DNA of 64,000 nt from Planctomycetia bacterium (GCA_026401075.1 JAPLNQ010000163.1:498-64497); one strand, 5' to 3'. Shown: positions 27,785-37,932, counted from the first letter of the stretch. The notes: generated from the letters alone by a model not told the origin. Program-made: numbers and translations.

Positions 27785-29377
27785 ATGAATGTTTTCGTGC
27801 GGCCACGATCAGGCAATGGGCGTTGGATAGATGCCCTAGGGGCGGTGGTGATCACGATGCTGATCGCGGCCCCGTGGCTCTGGCAGGACCTCGTGCCCTG
27901 CGAATGGCTGGGCGTGGCGGCCGCGCTTGTCTGCCTTCCGCACCTCCGCGGCTGGCGGGGCGAAACGCTCGTGCTGGCCGTGGCGGCGGCGAGCCTGGCC
28001 ACGGCATTTCACTGGTCACCCACCGTGCTCGCCGACGCGATCCAGTCGAGCTACGGGATCGGCCTGGCCTTCACCGTGCCGATCGTGCTCTGGGATGCCC
28101 TGCGGCTCTCGCTGCCCTTTTGGTTTGTCAGCCGCACGGTCGTCGACGCCCGCAACGCCTGGCTTCCAGCCGCACTGGTTGCCGTGGCGACCGAGGCCTT
28201 TGTCACGAGCGTCTTTCCCTGGAAACTCGGCTACAGCCAGCTCGCCTGGCCCGTGCTCATTCAATCGGTCGACCTGCTCGGCCCGGAGGCCGCCACCTTC
28301 GTCCTCTATGCCCACGCCGGCGTGATCGTGCTGGTGGTGGAGATGCTCCGCCGCCGCTGGAGCGGTGGGCACGAGGCCATCGGCCCGGCCTGGACAGCCG
28401 TCGGCGTGGCCGCGGTGGTGGTCTGCGCTGCCAACCTCGCCTACGGCGTGTGGGCGATGCGCTTCTGGTCAGCGGAGATGGCCGCAGCGCCAAAGATCAG
28501 CGTGGCGCTCGTGCAGGTCGACCCCAGCCGCGACGATTCGATCGACGCCCTCCAACGGCTCTCGCGGGAGGCGTGTGCCGGCCGCGACCGCCCCTTCGAC
28601 CTGATCTGCTGGCCCGAATGCAGCGGCGGCTCCTACTCGGAAAAACTTCCCGCCTTCAACGATCCCGAACGGATCTTCGCCGAGTCACGCGACCCGCAGC
28701 GGGGCCTGCGGCCGCTGGCCGATCCTGCCTGCCCGCTCTTGTTTGGTGGCAAGATCTACAGCGGCTATCCCGAACGGCCCAACGACATCTATCAGTCGGC
28801 GATCCTCGTGGACGATGCCGAGCGGATCATCGGCTGCTACCACAAGCGGCACCTGATGCCGTTTGGCGAATATGTTCCGGGCACGGCGTTCATGCCCGAG
28901 CTGCGGCATTATTTTCCGATGGACGACGACCTCGACGTCGGGCCGGAAGCGACCGTGCTGACGCTTGGCGACAAGGCGAAGCTCGGCGTGATGCTCTGCT
29001 ACGAAGACATGGTGCCAAGCGCCGCCGAATCGCTCGTCGACAATGGCGCCAACGTGCTGCTCTCGCTGATCAACGGCTCGTCGTTCAAGGCGACGCTCAC
29101 GCTCCTGCAGCACCGGCTGCTCGCGCAGATGCGGGCCGTGGAAAACCGCCGCTGCCTCTTGCGATGCGCGGCGACGGGCGAGACATGCCTGATCTCTCCG
29201 CTGGGCACAATTCCATCGCGACTGCCACTCAACGTGGAGGACGTGCTCGTCGCCGAGGTGCCATTGATCAACGCCCGCACGCTGGCGAGCCGGATCGGCC
29301 AGGCGTTTCCACTTCTTTGCGGCGGGCTGGCGATCGCCATCGCCCTCGACAGCGGGCGGCGAAGGCGGACGGCCTGA
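27785..29377 (+). CDS. lnt: Apolipoprotein N-acyltransferase
   Basis: 530 aa. Polytopic N-terminal half, then a CN-hydrolase domain with DLICWPE (Glu), KRHLMPFGEYVP (Lys) and VMLCYED (Cys). Confidence 0.9.
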   Translation: MNVFVRPRSGNGRWIDALGAVVITMLIAAPWLWQDLVPCEWLGVAAALVCLPHLRGWRGETLVLAVAAASLATAFHWSPTVLADAIQSSYGIGLAFTVPIVLWDALRLSLPFWFVSRTVVDARNAWLPAALVAVATEAFVTSVFPWKLGYSQLAWPVLIQSVDLLGPEAATFVLYAHAGVIVLVVEMLRRRWSGGHEAIGPAWTAVGVAAVVVCAANLAYGVWAMRFWSAEMAAAPKISVALVQVDPSRDDSIDALQRLSREACAGRDRPFDLICWPECSGGSYSEKLPAFNDPERIFAESRDPQRGLRPLADPACPLLFGGKIYSGYPERPNDIYQSAILVDDAERIIGCYHKRHLMPFGEYVPGTAFMPELRHYFPMDDDLDVGPEATVLTLGDKAKLGVMLCYEDMVPSAAESLVDNGANVLLSLINGSSFKATLTLLQHRLLAQMRAVENRRCLLRCAATGETCLISPLGTIPSRLPLNVEDVLVAEVPLINARTLASRIGQAFPLLCGGLAIAIALDSGRRRRTA

Positions 29378-29403
29378 CGCTAGTCCGTGACTTTCCCCAG
29401 TGG

Positions 29404-29424
29404 GGGCAAGTTTTTAACTTGCCC
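29404..29424. repeat. Solo half-unit of the family-1 repeat (single hairpin), possible bidirectional terminator
   Basis: GGGCAAGTTtttAACTTGCCC, a 9-bp perfect stem, between the convergent lnt and gmd-like ends. Confidence 0.7.
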
Positions 29425-29446
29425 TGAAGAGCCGATCGGTGTCGCG

Positions 29447-30478
29447 CTAGGCCGCGCGGCGAATCGCCGGGGCCTGCGGGGCAAGCCGCGCCTCCACCAT
29501 CATCCGCGCGACGTCCTTCATGAGGGAACGTGCAGTCCAGCCGAGACGCGCCGTGGCCTGCGATGTGTCGGCCTGGCCCGAGAGGATCTCGCTGGGCCTG
29601 GTGAGTGCCGGGTCGCGAACGACGTGCTTTCGCCAGTCGAGGCCGAGACTGGCGAACACCTCTCGGACAAAGTCCTCGAGACTCGTCGTCTGGCCGGTGG
29701 CGATCACGAAGTCCTCGAGCGTGTCGAGTTGCAGCATGCGGTGCATGGCCACGACATACTCTGGCGCCCAGCCCCAGTCGCGGCGGACGGAGAGGTCGCC
29801 GAGGCTGAGCACGTCCTGTTCGCCTGCGGCCACGCGGCAGGCGCCCGCCACGATCTTCTGCGTCACGAACCGCTCGGGCCGCAGCGGGCTTTCGTGGTTG
29901 AAGAGGATGCCGGTGCAGGCTTCTATTTTGTAGGCCTGTCGATACTGCGCGATCTGCCAGAACGACGTCGCCTTGGCGATGCCGTAGGGGCTGCAGGGCC
30001 GCAGCACGGTCGTCTCGCCGGCCGGCTGGTCGCCGGTGTTGCCAAACATCTCGGAGCTGCCGGCGTTGTAGAGCCGGATCGGCCGGCCGAGCATGCGGAT
30101 CGCCTCGAGCAGGTTCACCGTGCCGATGACGATGCTCTCAAAGGTTTCTACCGGCTGGTTGAACGAGAGCCCCACGGAGGTCTGGCCGGCGAGGTTGTAG
30201 ACCTCATCCGGCTGCGTGCGGGAGAGCACCTGCATCGTGGAACGAAAGTCGACGAGTGACATCGATTCCACCGTGACGCGGTCGCGGATGCCCAGTCGGG
30301 CGAGCCCGTCGAAGCGGCTGGCTTGGGCGTCGCGGCTGGTGCCGACGACCGTGTAGCCTTGGTCGAGCAGATGTGCCGCCAGGTAACTTCCGTCCTGACC
30401 GCTCATCCCACAGATGAGGGCCTTTCGTGCGGACGCATGCTTCTGAATCGTCAGGGGGGCCATAGTGCTGTGGGTCAT
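29447..30478 (-). CDS. GDP-mannose 4,6-dehydratase family protein (divergent paralogue)
   Basis: 343 aa. [42 protein letters not shown] (the GMD hallmark). By eye roughly 40% identical to the second copy at 39733-40764. Confidence 0.8.
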   Translation of the reverse strand: MTHSTMAPLTIQKHASARKALICGMSGQDGSYLAAHLLDQGYTVVGTSRDAQASRFDGLARLGIRDRVTVESMSLVDFRSTMQVLSRTQPDEVYNLAGQTSVGLSFNQPVETFESIVIGTVNLLEAIRMLGRPIRLYNAGSSEMFGNTGDQPAGETTVLRPCSPYGIAKATSFWQIAQYRQAYKIEACTGILFNHESPLRPERFVTQKIVAGACRVAAGEQDVLSLGDLSVRRDWGWAPEYVVAMHRMLQLDTLEDFVIATGQTTSLEDFVREVFASLGLDWRKHVVRDPALTRPSEILSGQADTSQATARLGWTARSLMKDVARMMVEARLAPQAPAIRRAA

Positions 30479-30543
30479 AGCAACTCCCAGGGGGGTGTCG
30501 GAAGAGCAGCTTGGACGTGAACTTGGCCAGAAAACGGTGCCGT

Positions 30544-31713
30544 TCAGGCCGCGCCCGGATCAAGGATCGAGCGGTAGACCCGCAGATAGCCGCGGGCGGC
30601 GTTTTCCCAGGAAAATTCGGCGGCCCGGGCCCGGGCCGCGGCGGCGAAGGTCGGCATGGCCGCTACGGCTGCCATTCCTGCGTGGAAGACGGTAGCCATG
30701 TGCTCGGCTCCGAAGGAATCCCAGTAGAAGCCGAGCGACCCACCGAGTTCCGGCAGGCTCGTGCGACGGGACATGAACACCGGCTTGCCACACTGCATCG
30801 CCTCGAGCACCGGGAAGCCAAAGCCTTCGGTGAGCGAGGGGAATGCAAACGCCTCGCACTGCTCGTAGAGCCACTGCCGGTCGCCGTCCGACACCTGCCC
30901 GGCGAGCGTCACCCGGCTCCCGAGATTCCGGGCGGCGACTTCACGGACCAGCTGCTCGCCGTAGGGCGTCTCCCGCTTACCGGCGATCACGAGCGCAAAC
31001 TCGGGCAGCCGCTCGATCAAGTCAAAGAGGGCATGAAAATTCTTGTGCGGCAGGCAGTTGCCGATCGACAGGATGAACTTCCCGCGAGGTGCCCATGCCG
31101 GGGCCATGGGAGACGCGACTGGAGGAGCGGAGAGACCCGGCGACACGACATGCACCGGCTTGCCGCCGAGCCGCAGATGCGCCGCGACATCGTCGGCCAC
31201 ATAGCGGGAATCGGTGACGATCGCCGTCGCCCGGTCCACTTTCCGCTGCACGTCGGCCAGTTTGCGGACCACGGCCGCGGGCCGGTCCTTGTGCCGATCG
31301 TCGTGGAGGAAATTCAGATCGTGGATCGTGAGCACGACGGGCACGGTGGGATCGAGTGGCAAATACTTGCTTGTTTGGTTCGTGACGTGCCAGAGGTCAT
31401 AGCGGTGCCGCCGCTGGAAGGGCGCGAGGAACGGCCGGTAGAGGCTGGCGAATGTCTCCTTCCGCCACGGGCTGACCTCGATCTGCTCGACACCCTCGGC
31501 GCGGAAGTGCCGGACCGTCTCTTGGGGCAACGACTGCGGCAGGAAAAAGACGGGATCAAAGGACTGCTCGCCGAGTGCCAGGATGCCATCAGCCAAGTGC
31601 CGGCAGAACCGGCCGAGCCCACAGTTGGCGTGGCGAAGCTTTTCGAGGTCGAGCACGACACGGGGCCGGTCGGGCCGAGCCTGCCGCTGTGCGAGCGTGC
31701 GAGTGGGGAACAT
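30544..31713 (-). CDS. Glycosyltransferase family 4 (GT-B, WbpY/WbdB-like)
   Basis: Track ORF 30544..31749. C-terminal EGFGFPVLEAMQCGKPVFMSRRTSLPE (E-x7-E type). Paralogue of 40912-42033. Confidence 0.85.
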   Translation of the reverse strand: MFPTRTLAQRQARPDRPRVVLDLEKLRHANCGLGRFCRHLADGILALGEQSFDPVFFLPQSLPQETVRHFRAEGVEQIEVSPWRKETFASLYRPFLAPFQRRHRYDLWHVTNQTSKYLPLDPTVPVVLTIHDLNFLHDDRHKDRPAAVVRKLADVQRKVDRATAIVTDSRYVADDVAAHLRLGGKPVHVVSPGLSAPPVASPMAPAWAPRGKFILSIGNCLPHKNFHALFDLIERLPEFALVIAGKRETPYGEQLVREVAARNLGSRVTLAGQVSDGDRQWLYEQCEAFAFPSLTEGFGFPVLEAMQCGKPVFMSRRTSLPELGGSLGFYWDSFGAEHMATVFHAGMAAVAAMPTFAAAARARAAEFSWENAARGYLRVYRSILDPGAA

Positions 31714-31910
31714 GGTGGGACTGCCACGAGGCCAGGAAGGACCCAACACCCTTCCGTGAGGGATTGGCTCCGGGTTGCCATGGCTCTATCGGTCTCCGGA
31801 GGCAGCAAACTGAACGCGGGCCGCAGGGTCGCAAGGCCGACCACGAAGCTGGGAAAGCTGCGCAGTTTCAGAAGGAAGCGGAGGCCGTCTGGAGATTGCC
31901 CGTCCTATCG

Positions 31911-31972
31911 ATCATGCAGACTGGAACGATTATTCAAGTCAATCATGCAAACTGGAACGATTATTCAAGTTC
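31911..31972. repeat. 31-bp tandem direct repeat (2 units) in AT-richer divergent promoter region
   Basis: atcatgcagactggaacgattattcaagtca / atcatgcaaactggaacgattattcaagttc, 29/31 identical, between the GT4 (minus) and sulfotransferase (plus) genes. Confidence 0.85.
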
Positions 31973-32095
31973 TGCGTGGGAACCTGTCGTTTCCTATAGA
32001 CATCGTCGCTACAAGATGTGGGCGACACAGCAACACGCAGCACCCTCTCCAGAGCGGGTTCTGTGGCTGTCGATACGCACTCGCGGAGTCAGGCC

Positions 32096-32812
32096 ATGCT
32101 CGTCAGCAGAAATCACCGCATCGCCTTCGCGCACTATCCCAAGACCGCGGGTACGTCGTTGCAGCGGTGGTTCATCGATACGTGTCCTGACGCCAAGTTG
32201 CTGGTTCCGGAAAACCCGCACCTCCAGGTGAAACCCAGTCTGAAAATGCTTCGTCCGCACTCCCTCAATCGGGAACTGGGGCGGCTCACCCACCAGTCGC
32301 TCAAACTGTGGTCGCCAACGCTGGCCGATCGCTACAGCCCCCTGCATACGTCCCTGCGGATCGTCGGCGTGATCCGGGATCCGTTCGAGATGCTTGTATC
32401 GCTGTTTGAGTTCTGGAAACGGGAGCCGGCAGTCGCGGATTCGACCGACCCCTTCATCGGCTGTACGCAGCACCATACGTTCCGCGACTTTCTCGCCGCC
32501 GCGGTCATCGGTGGCCGCCTCCCCAACTACCAGCAGTTTTTCGATGTGGGTGGGCCGCTCTGGCACAACACGACATTGCTCGACTTCGAGTCGCTCCGAC
32601 CGGCACTCCAAGCTTTCTGCGACGACAATGGGCTTGGCCACGCCCGACCGCTCCCGACGCTGAACCGCTCGACGGGAAGCCGCGACATCGAGCGCTATGT
32701 GGACGAGGCTGGGCCGCTGATGGCCGATGTCCGTCGCTACTTCCGCTGGTATTATGAGGAGGGTATCCACCTCATGATCCGCGGCAGACAGCCACTTCGG
32801 GCAGCGGCCTGA
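32096..32812 (+). CDS. Sulfotransferase family protein (putative)
   Basis: Track ORF 32018..32812. The start is set at ATG 32096. RIAFAHYPKTAGTSLQRWF resembles the 5'-PAPS-binding loop (H-x-PK-T/G-GGTS) of bacterial family-2 sulfotransferases. Confidence 0.55.
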   Translation: MLVSRNHRIAFAHYPKTAGTSLQRWFIDTCPDAKLLVPENPHLQVKPSLKMLRPHSLNRELGRLTHQSLKLWSPTLADRYSPLHTSLRIVGVIRDPFEMLVSLFEFWKREPAVADSTDPFIGCTQHHTFRDFLAAAVIGGRLPNYQQFFDVGGPLWHNTTLLDFESLRPALQAFCDDNGLGHARPLPTLNRSTGSRDIERYVDEAGPLMADVRRYFRWYYEEGIHLMIRGRQPLRAAA

Positions 32813-32955
32813 CGAACGTCGGGCAAGCTCACGGGCTCAGGCTGCGTGAACACGCGACGATGCGAGAGAAAACGCCAAGCGTTTTCACCGGCATGACGCA
32901 TTGGTGCCAGCGATGCGTGCCTCGATCCTCGGGCCACTCGCGTGTGACGACGGCC

Positions 32956-34905
32956 TCAGGCCACCCGGCGGGTGGACCTGCCCAGCAGCCGCTTCCGGTA
33001 TGAGCGGCGGAGTTTCAAAACTTGCCGGTGCAACCAGCCGTTCTGCCGCGGCGTCGCGGACGCAGCCGCTGTCTGGGTACGGGAAATCCAGCCGCTGGAG
33101 AGCGATCGCTCCCGCACGTTCCGGCTGATCGCCGGCAGCACGATCGATCGGTCCTCCGGCGCGAAGCTCGCCACGATCAGGCCGTCGCCGCTAAAGGATT
33201 CGAAGACATCATGATCGACGAGCACCGTCGCGCCGAGCGACCGAAGCGATCTCCCGCACTCTTCGTGTGTGGTGGCTGAGCCGCTCACCGATTTTTGGTA
33301 CTTCGAGAACACCGCTTCATGGTGGGTGGATACGACGATGAACCGCACCTTACGCTCCGCGACCGCCCGCCGCATCGACTCGATGAATGGCAGTTCTGCC
33401 CCCTGCACGTCCATATGGAGCACCTCGATCGGCCGACCGTCCACTCGGGCGAGTACGGCATCCATATCGAGACACTCAAGGCGGCCGACTCGCGACCGTT
33501 CCGAGCAGCTGCCAACGAAGGCTTGGACGAACGTGGCGCTGCGACCATTGAGTGCCAGATTTCGACGTCCAACATCCAGACAGGCGGATTCGGGCTCGAC
33601 GCAGAGGGCCGTCGCGCCCGGTACGGCGCCAAGATACCAGTTCGTGTAATAGGCCCAATACGCGCCAAGTTCAACAAATTGCGATCCCGGCCGCACGTGC
33701 GCGAGCAGGTGGTGGAAGAGCAGTTCCTCCTGAGGCTCGTGATGCCCGTGAAGGCCGCGGATCACATCGGTCATCCAGTCGCCATAGTAGCCGTCTGCGA
33801 TTACCCGCGTGCCCTCGTGCATGATCTGCACCCGCTCTCCATCCTGCTCAATCACCTCGCCCGCATCCGCCACCTTCGGAATGGGATCGGTGTCGCGGCA
33901 CTGCATGGTCATCCGCACGCGACGGCTTTGAGCCGCGGAGAGATGCCCATACATGTCGGCTTGCGTGCTCTTTCGAATGATGAGACCGACCGATGTCGAC
34001 GCATAGCCCCAGAGGTCGAGCCGCAGATGCCTGTCTTGGCTGTAGGGCGCGGCGTCGACATAGCGATCGAGTTCCCGCTTCCCTGTGGAGAGATCGAGCG
34101 GTTCGACGTCGTGGCCGGCGTCACGGAGTGCCGCGATGACCCACTCGATATCCTTGAGCCGGAAGATCACGCAGCCACCGTCCATCACCGTGGCGTCGTT
34201 CGAGGAGAGATTGAACTCCGTGGTGTGCACGGCGATGCCGCCGGGCGCGAGACACCGCATCTGCTCCTCGAGAAACCGCAATCCCAGCTCGATGCTGCCG
34301 CAGTGCTCGAAGGAGCAGGTCGACCAGTTGAAGTCGTAGCCGGTCAGATCGGCCGGGATCTCATTCATGTCGACCGGACGATAGCTGACGTTATCGCGGA
34401 AGTCCTGCTCGGAGCAGATCTCGGGGTGACTCAGCGACGCGAGGTTGCCGACCCATTGCCCGGTCTGAGCCCACTGGCGATTCCGCTCGTCATCCGACGG
34501 CAGGTCGGTCGCCGTGATCGTGCAGCCGCGGGCAGCGAATAGCGCAGGCAGTTTCTCTGCTCCCACTGCGAAGCCGAGGCCACGGCGGCCAGGCTGCAAC
34601 ATGCCCCGTTCGTCGAGCGTCTCGCAGATGTAGGCCAGCTCCCAGAGCTTGCGATGGGCCCGCCACGGCTCCTGGATCGCTGCAGCCCAGTGGCGAAACC
34701 GCGGGCTGTCGAGCTGATCGAACGTGCAGAGCGACGAGGTGGTGCGGTCCGTTCGCGGGCCGCCCACGTAGATCGACGGATCGGTTTTGACGAATCGATT
34801 GACGTCGATCCGGGCTGTCGAGGGGCTGCCGGGTCGCTTCCTGCGAGCCGCATGACCATTCCCCCATGCCGTGATCGATCCCAGCAATTCATCCATCCGC
34901 GCCAT
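32956..34905 (-). CDS. Fusion of two methyltransferase domains: class I SAM-MT (N-terminal) plus FkbM-family MT (C-terminal)
   Basis: Track ORF 32956..34974. ATG 34905 has an upstream GAGG (alternative 34974). The N-terminal half is highly similar to the 321-aa ORF at 38730-39695. The C-terminal half (FVELGAYWAYYT...IEVLHMDVQGAELPF) is FkbM-like. Confidence 0.75.
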   Translation of the reverse strand: MARMDELLGSITAWGNGHAARRKRPGSPSTARIDVNRFVKTDPSIYVGGPRTDRTTSSLCTFDQLDSPRFRHWAAAIQEPWRAHRKLWELAYICETLDERGMLQPGRRGLGFAVGAEKLPALFAARGCTITATDLPSDDERNRQWAQTGQWVGNLASLSHPEICSEQDFRDNVSYRPVDMNEIPADLTGYDFNWSTCSFEHCGSIELGLRFLEEQMRCLAPGGIAVHTTEFNLSSNDATVMDGGCVIFRLKDIEWVIAALRDAGHDVEPLDLSTGKRELDRYVDAAPYSQDRHLRLDLWGYASTSVGLIIRKSTQADMYGHLSAAQSRRVRMTMQCRDTDPIPKVADAGEVIEQDGERVQIMHEGTRVIADGYYGDWMTDVIRGLHGHHEPQEELLFHHLLAHVRPGSQFVELGAYWAYYTNWYLGAVPGATALCVEPESACLDVGRRNLALNGRSATFVQAFVGSCSERSRVGRLECLDMDAVLARVDGRPIEVLHMDVQGAELPFIESMRRAVAERKVRFIVVSTHHEAVFSKYQKSVSGSATTHEECGRSLRSLGATVLVDHDVFESFSGDGLIVASFAPEDRSIVLPAISRNVRERSLSSGWISRTQTAAASATPRQNGWLHRQVLKLRRSYRKRLLGRSTRRVA

Positions 34906-34976
34906 GGCTTTGCCTCGTTGAGTCTTATTCCCGATGGCGATGGCACCGCAGCCGCAGCCAGAGTCGCCGACCATGC

Positions 34977-36329
34977 TTAAGCCGCCGCCCGCTCCCCGTT
35001 CCGGGCATCGGCGGATGTCCCGGAAAAAATAATCTGCATCAGCTGTTCGGTCGCCTGCTGCCAGGTCGGAGATGCAAAGGATCCCGTCGGTTGTTCTGCC
35101 GGAAAGACACCGTCCCGTTCCCAGCGGACGATGTGTTCGCTCAGTCCGGCCACGTCACCGGGTGCGAAATAGACGCACCACGGCCCGCCCACCTCACGAT
35201 GGGCCGGAATGTCGGAGGCGAACACCCGCATGCCGTGCGACAGGCTCTCCACGATCGGTAGCCCATAGCCTTCTGCCCGTGACGGAAAGATCAACGCCCG
35301 CGCATGGCCGTAGGCGTGGAGCAGTTCTGTATCGGTCAGGTCGCCGAAGTGCATCAGGTGCGTGCCATAGCGGGGGTGGCTTTGCAGTCGGCGAATGAGC
35401 TCATGTCCCTTCCAGCCCACGAAGCCTGCAACAAGCAACCGCGCATCGGGAACCTGTTTCCACACCTCTTCGAAGACGGCCGGCAGGATCGTCTGATTCT
35501 TGCGGGGCTCGATCGTGCCGACGGTGAGATAGGGCTGGACAGACGACGCTGCGAGATAATCTCGTAATTCGCGACGCACTTCTCCCGCCTTCGCCGACGG
35601 CTTCACATCGGCGCCGAGCCGAAACGAGTGCACGAGCGGCGCCGCCCGGTCGGGGTCACGGCCCATTCGCTGCAGTTCATTTCGGGCTTCGTCTGCGACT
35701 GCCTCGGAGATGGCAGCCACAAAATCGGCGCGCGTGAGCGTGTTTTTCATCCATCCGCGGTACGTCGCGGCCAACCGCTCCGTCACGAATTCAGGATGGG
35801 TGTGTGGAATAAAATCGTACTGCACAACACCGACCCGCGTGCCGGCCTTCCGAGCCCGGTCAACGACATGCCAATACCGCGTCGCCCACGACGAGTCGGC
35901 CAGCAGGAGCGTGTCGTTCGGCCGAAACTCGATCGGCACTCCGGGTAGCGGTCGTCGTACGATCCGGCGCCACTGAGTGCGGATCGTCTGGACAATGGTT
36001 CGTGGTACCAGCAGCTTATGAAGCCGGCGCAGGACGGGATGGGTGTTGCGCACTGGAGGACGATCGACGACGTCCACGATGTCGCCAGCCGACGAGAGGC
36101 TGAGGGCCAGGAAGTGATCGTCTTCGAACCGCACTGGCACGATCGTCGCCCCATACCGTGCCGAGGCCGCGACGCCGTAGCGGGCGATATTCCGCACCAC
36201 CCGCGGGATGCCGGCATGCCGGATCGTGGCGAGTGTCTGCGTGCAGTCGATCAATACTCGCGGCGCGTCACCTTGCGGTTCAGCGGCCCGGGCGTCGACA
36301 ACAGACTCCACTGCGTGGCGTGCGCTCAT
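34977..36329 (-). CDS. Glycosyltransferase family 4
   Basis: 450 aa. RALIFPSRAEGYGLPIVESLSHGMRVFASDIPAHREV. The start overlaps the upstream stop (ATGA). Confidence 0.85.
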   Translation of the reverse strand: MSARHAVESVVDARAAEPQGDAPRVLIDCTQTLATIRHAGIPRVVRNIARYGVAASARYGATIVPVRFEDDHFLALSLSSAGDIVDVVDRPPVRNTHPVLRRLHKLLVPRTIVQTIRTQWRRIVRRPLPGVPIEFRPNDTLLLADSSWATRYWHVVDRARKAGTRVGVVQYDFIPHTHPEFVTERLAATYRGWMKNTLTRADFVAAISEAVADEARNELQRMGRDPDRAAPLVHSFRLGADVKPSAKAGEVRRELRDYLAASSVQPYLTVGTIEPRKNQTILPAVFEEVWKQVPDARLLVAGFVGWKGHELIRRLQSHPRYGTHLMHFGDLTDTELLHAYGHARALIFPSRAEGYGLPIVESLSHGMRVFASDIPAHREVGGPWCVYFAPGDVAGLSEHIVRWERDGVFPAEQPTGSFASPTWQQATEQLMQIIFSGTSADARNGERAAA

Positions 36330-37876
36330 GCTGTCTTCAACGTCCTACCACGGGGAAAAACAGCCGACTCCGACGCCTCGTTCCCCTGAGTCAGACACGG
36401 CCACGCGGACCGACGGCTCTGCTCGGCCGGGCCATCGATGGCGGCAAGCACCTGCGCCGCCGTCTCAAGCCAGCTGGTTGGCTGGAAGGTCTCGCGGATA
36501 GTCTCCTCACGGTCGCGGACCCAATCTGGGTCATCCAGTACCCGTTCCACGAGGGTAACGAGACCGTGCACGTCGAAAGGATCAAAAAATTCAGGCAGGT
36601 CGCTACTGATCTCCGGAATGCTCGTGGCGTTCGATGCCAAACACATCCGCCCGTGCCCGAGGCTCTCCGCCACGGGCAGCCCCCAGCCCTCATACTTGGA
36701 AGGATAGATCGTGGCCTGGCAGTTTTTGTAGTACCAGTCGAGTTCGCTATCCTCGATGCCGTGCAGCACGTGGATGTGCCGGTTGACGGTGCGGTCGTGG
36801 CGAATCTCGCGAAGCAGGTCGGCGACGTAGAGATGAGGCGTGCCGATACAGACGAGATCGGGGCACACATCACCCCGCCTGGTGGCAAGTTGCGTCCAGG
36901 CGTCATAGAGCAGCCGGTGATTCTTGCGAACATCGAGCGTGGCAACGCAGACGAAAAATGGCCGCGTGGGTGCAAATCTCGGCAGCGGCGCAGGCGTTGG
37001 ATCTCCCGAGGAATCACCCATCACGTCACCCAGTCGCACGACCGTAATGAGGGGCACGTCGAAGTGACACTCCGCGCAGTAGCGTTCGATCTCCTGCCGC
37101 GAGAACTCGGAAATCGTCAGCACACAGTCAGACTCACGCAGCACACTGCGGACCCACGCTGTGATGGCCTTCGTGTGTACCGGTTCGAGCCATTGGGGCT
37201 TGATGGTCGGGATCATGTCATAGATCATCCGCACCACCATCACGCCGCGACTGCGGACGACGGCAACCGCCTGGGCGTGTCTGGGAGAGACCCACGTCGC
37301 TCCTACCGACACGAGCGCGTCACCTGGGGCGATGAACGCTGCAGGATCTCGGTCCGCTGGGACCGCAGCCACGGTCACGGGCATGCCGCGCATGTTCGAA
37401 GGCGGAGCTAAACGACCGCCGCCGCCACGGCCCACCCTGCGCAGTCGCCTGCCAGCCCAGTGCGAGATGCTCTTGCGCAGTTGCCGTGCGGCCGTCTTGA
37501 GCTGCCGAAGCGCGTCTCGCATTTCCTCAGTTTCGCCTGGGTTGCCGAAGAAAAAGCCTTTCTTGAACAGCTTCAGCTTGCGCCGGGCCGGCTTAGCCAC
37601 GGTCTTCGCAGGCAGCGGCGCTGCAGCGGCGGCCGCCTCGACTGCAGACGCAACGGTTTCGGCGGCGAATCCATGGAGATGGCACCGTACGGTCGCCGGC
37701 AGTTCGGACTCGCTCATGGTGCAAAAACGGTCCGACTTCTCGTCGTACCGCAAAAGCCCCACGGGGCTGCCGTGCTCGACCAGTCCGTTGAGGATTCCCA
37801 CGCTCGTGCGCTGGATCCCTGTCAGGTGAGGCAGATTCCACCCCACGAGGTCAGAGACGTCGTACCAGATCTTCAC
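36326..37876 (-). CDS. Glycosyltransferase family 4 with extended N-terminal region
   Basis: Track ORF 36326..38206. GTG start at 37876 (VKIWYDVSDLVGW), preceded by AAAGGGA and downstream of the previous gene's stop. ATIYPSKYEGWGLPVAESLGHGRMCLASNATSIPE. Confidence 0.8.
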   Translation of the reverse strand: MKIWYDVSDLVGWNLPHLTGIQRTSVGILNGLVEHGSPVGLLRYDEKSDRFCTMSESELPATVRCHLHGFAAETVASAVEAAAAAAPLPAKTVAKPARRKLKLFKKGFFFGNPGETEEMRDALRQLKTAARQLRKSISHWAGRRLRRVGRGGGGRLAPPSNMRGMPVTVAAVPADRDPAAFIAPGDALVSVGATWVSPRHAQAVAVVRSRGVMVVRMIYDMIPTIKPQWLEPVHTKAITAWVRSVLRESDCVLTISEFSRQEIERYCAECHFDVPLITVVRLGDVMGDSSGDPTPAPLPRFAPTRPFFVCVATLDVRKNHRLLYDAWTQLATRRGDVCPDLVCIGTPHLYVADLLREIRHDRTVNRHIHVLHGIEDSELDWYYKNCQATIYPSKYEGWGLPVAESLGHGRMCLASNATSIPEISSDLPEFFDPFDVHGLVTLVERVLDDPDWVRDREETIRETFQPTSWLETAAQVLAAIDGPAEQSRRSAWPCLTQGNEASESAVFPRGRTLKTA

Positions 37877-37932
37877 GGTGATCCCTTTCTGAGTCGAAAT
37901 ACGGAACGTGTCGCCCCACAGGCAGCGGCTGC

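Noticed and set aside
33003-33030. Sequence ggcggagtttcaaaacttgccgg resembles one hairpin unit of the family-1 repeat, but lies inside the C-terminal coding region of the dual methyltransferase.
   Set aside because: It is a single imperfect half unit without the flanking CGTGG/CCACGG ends or a second hairpin. It could be chance or an old remnant, and the support is too weak to call.
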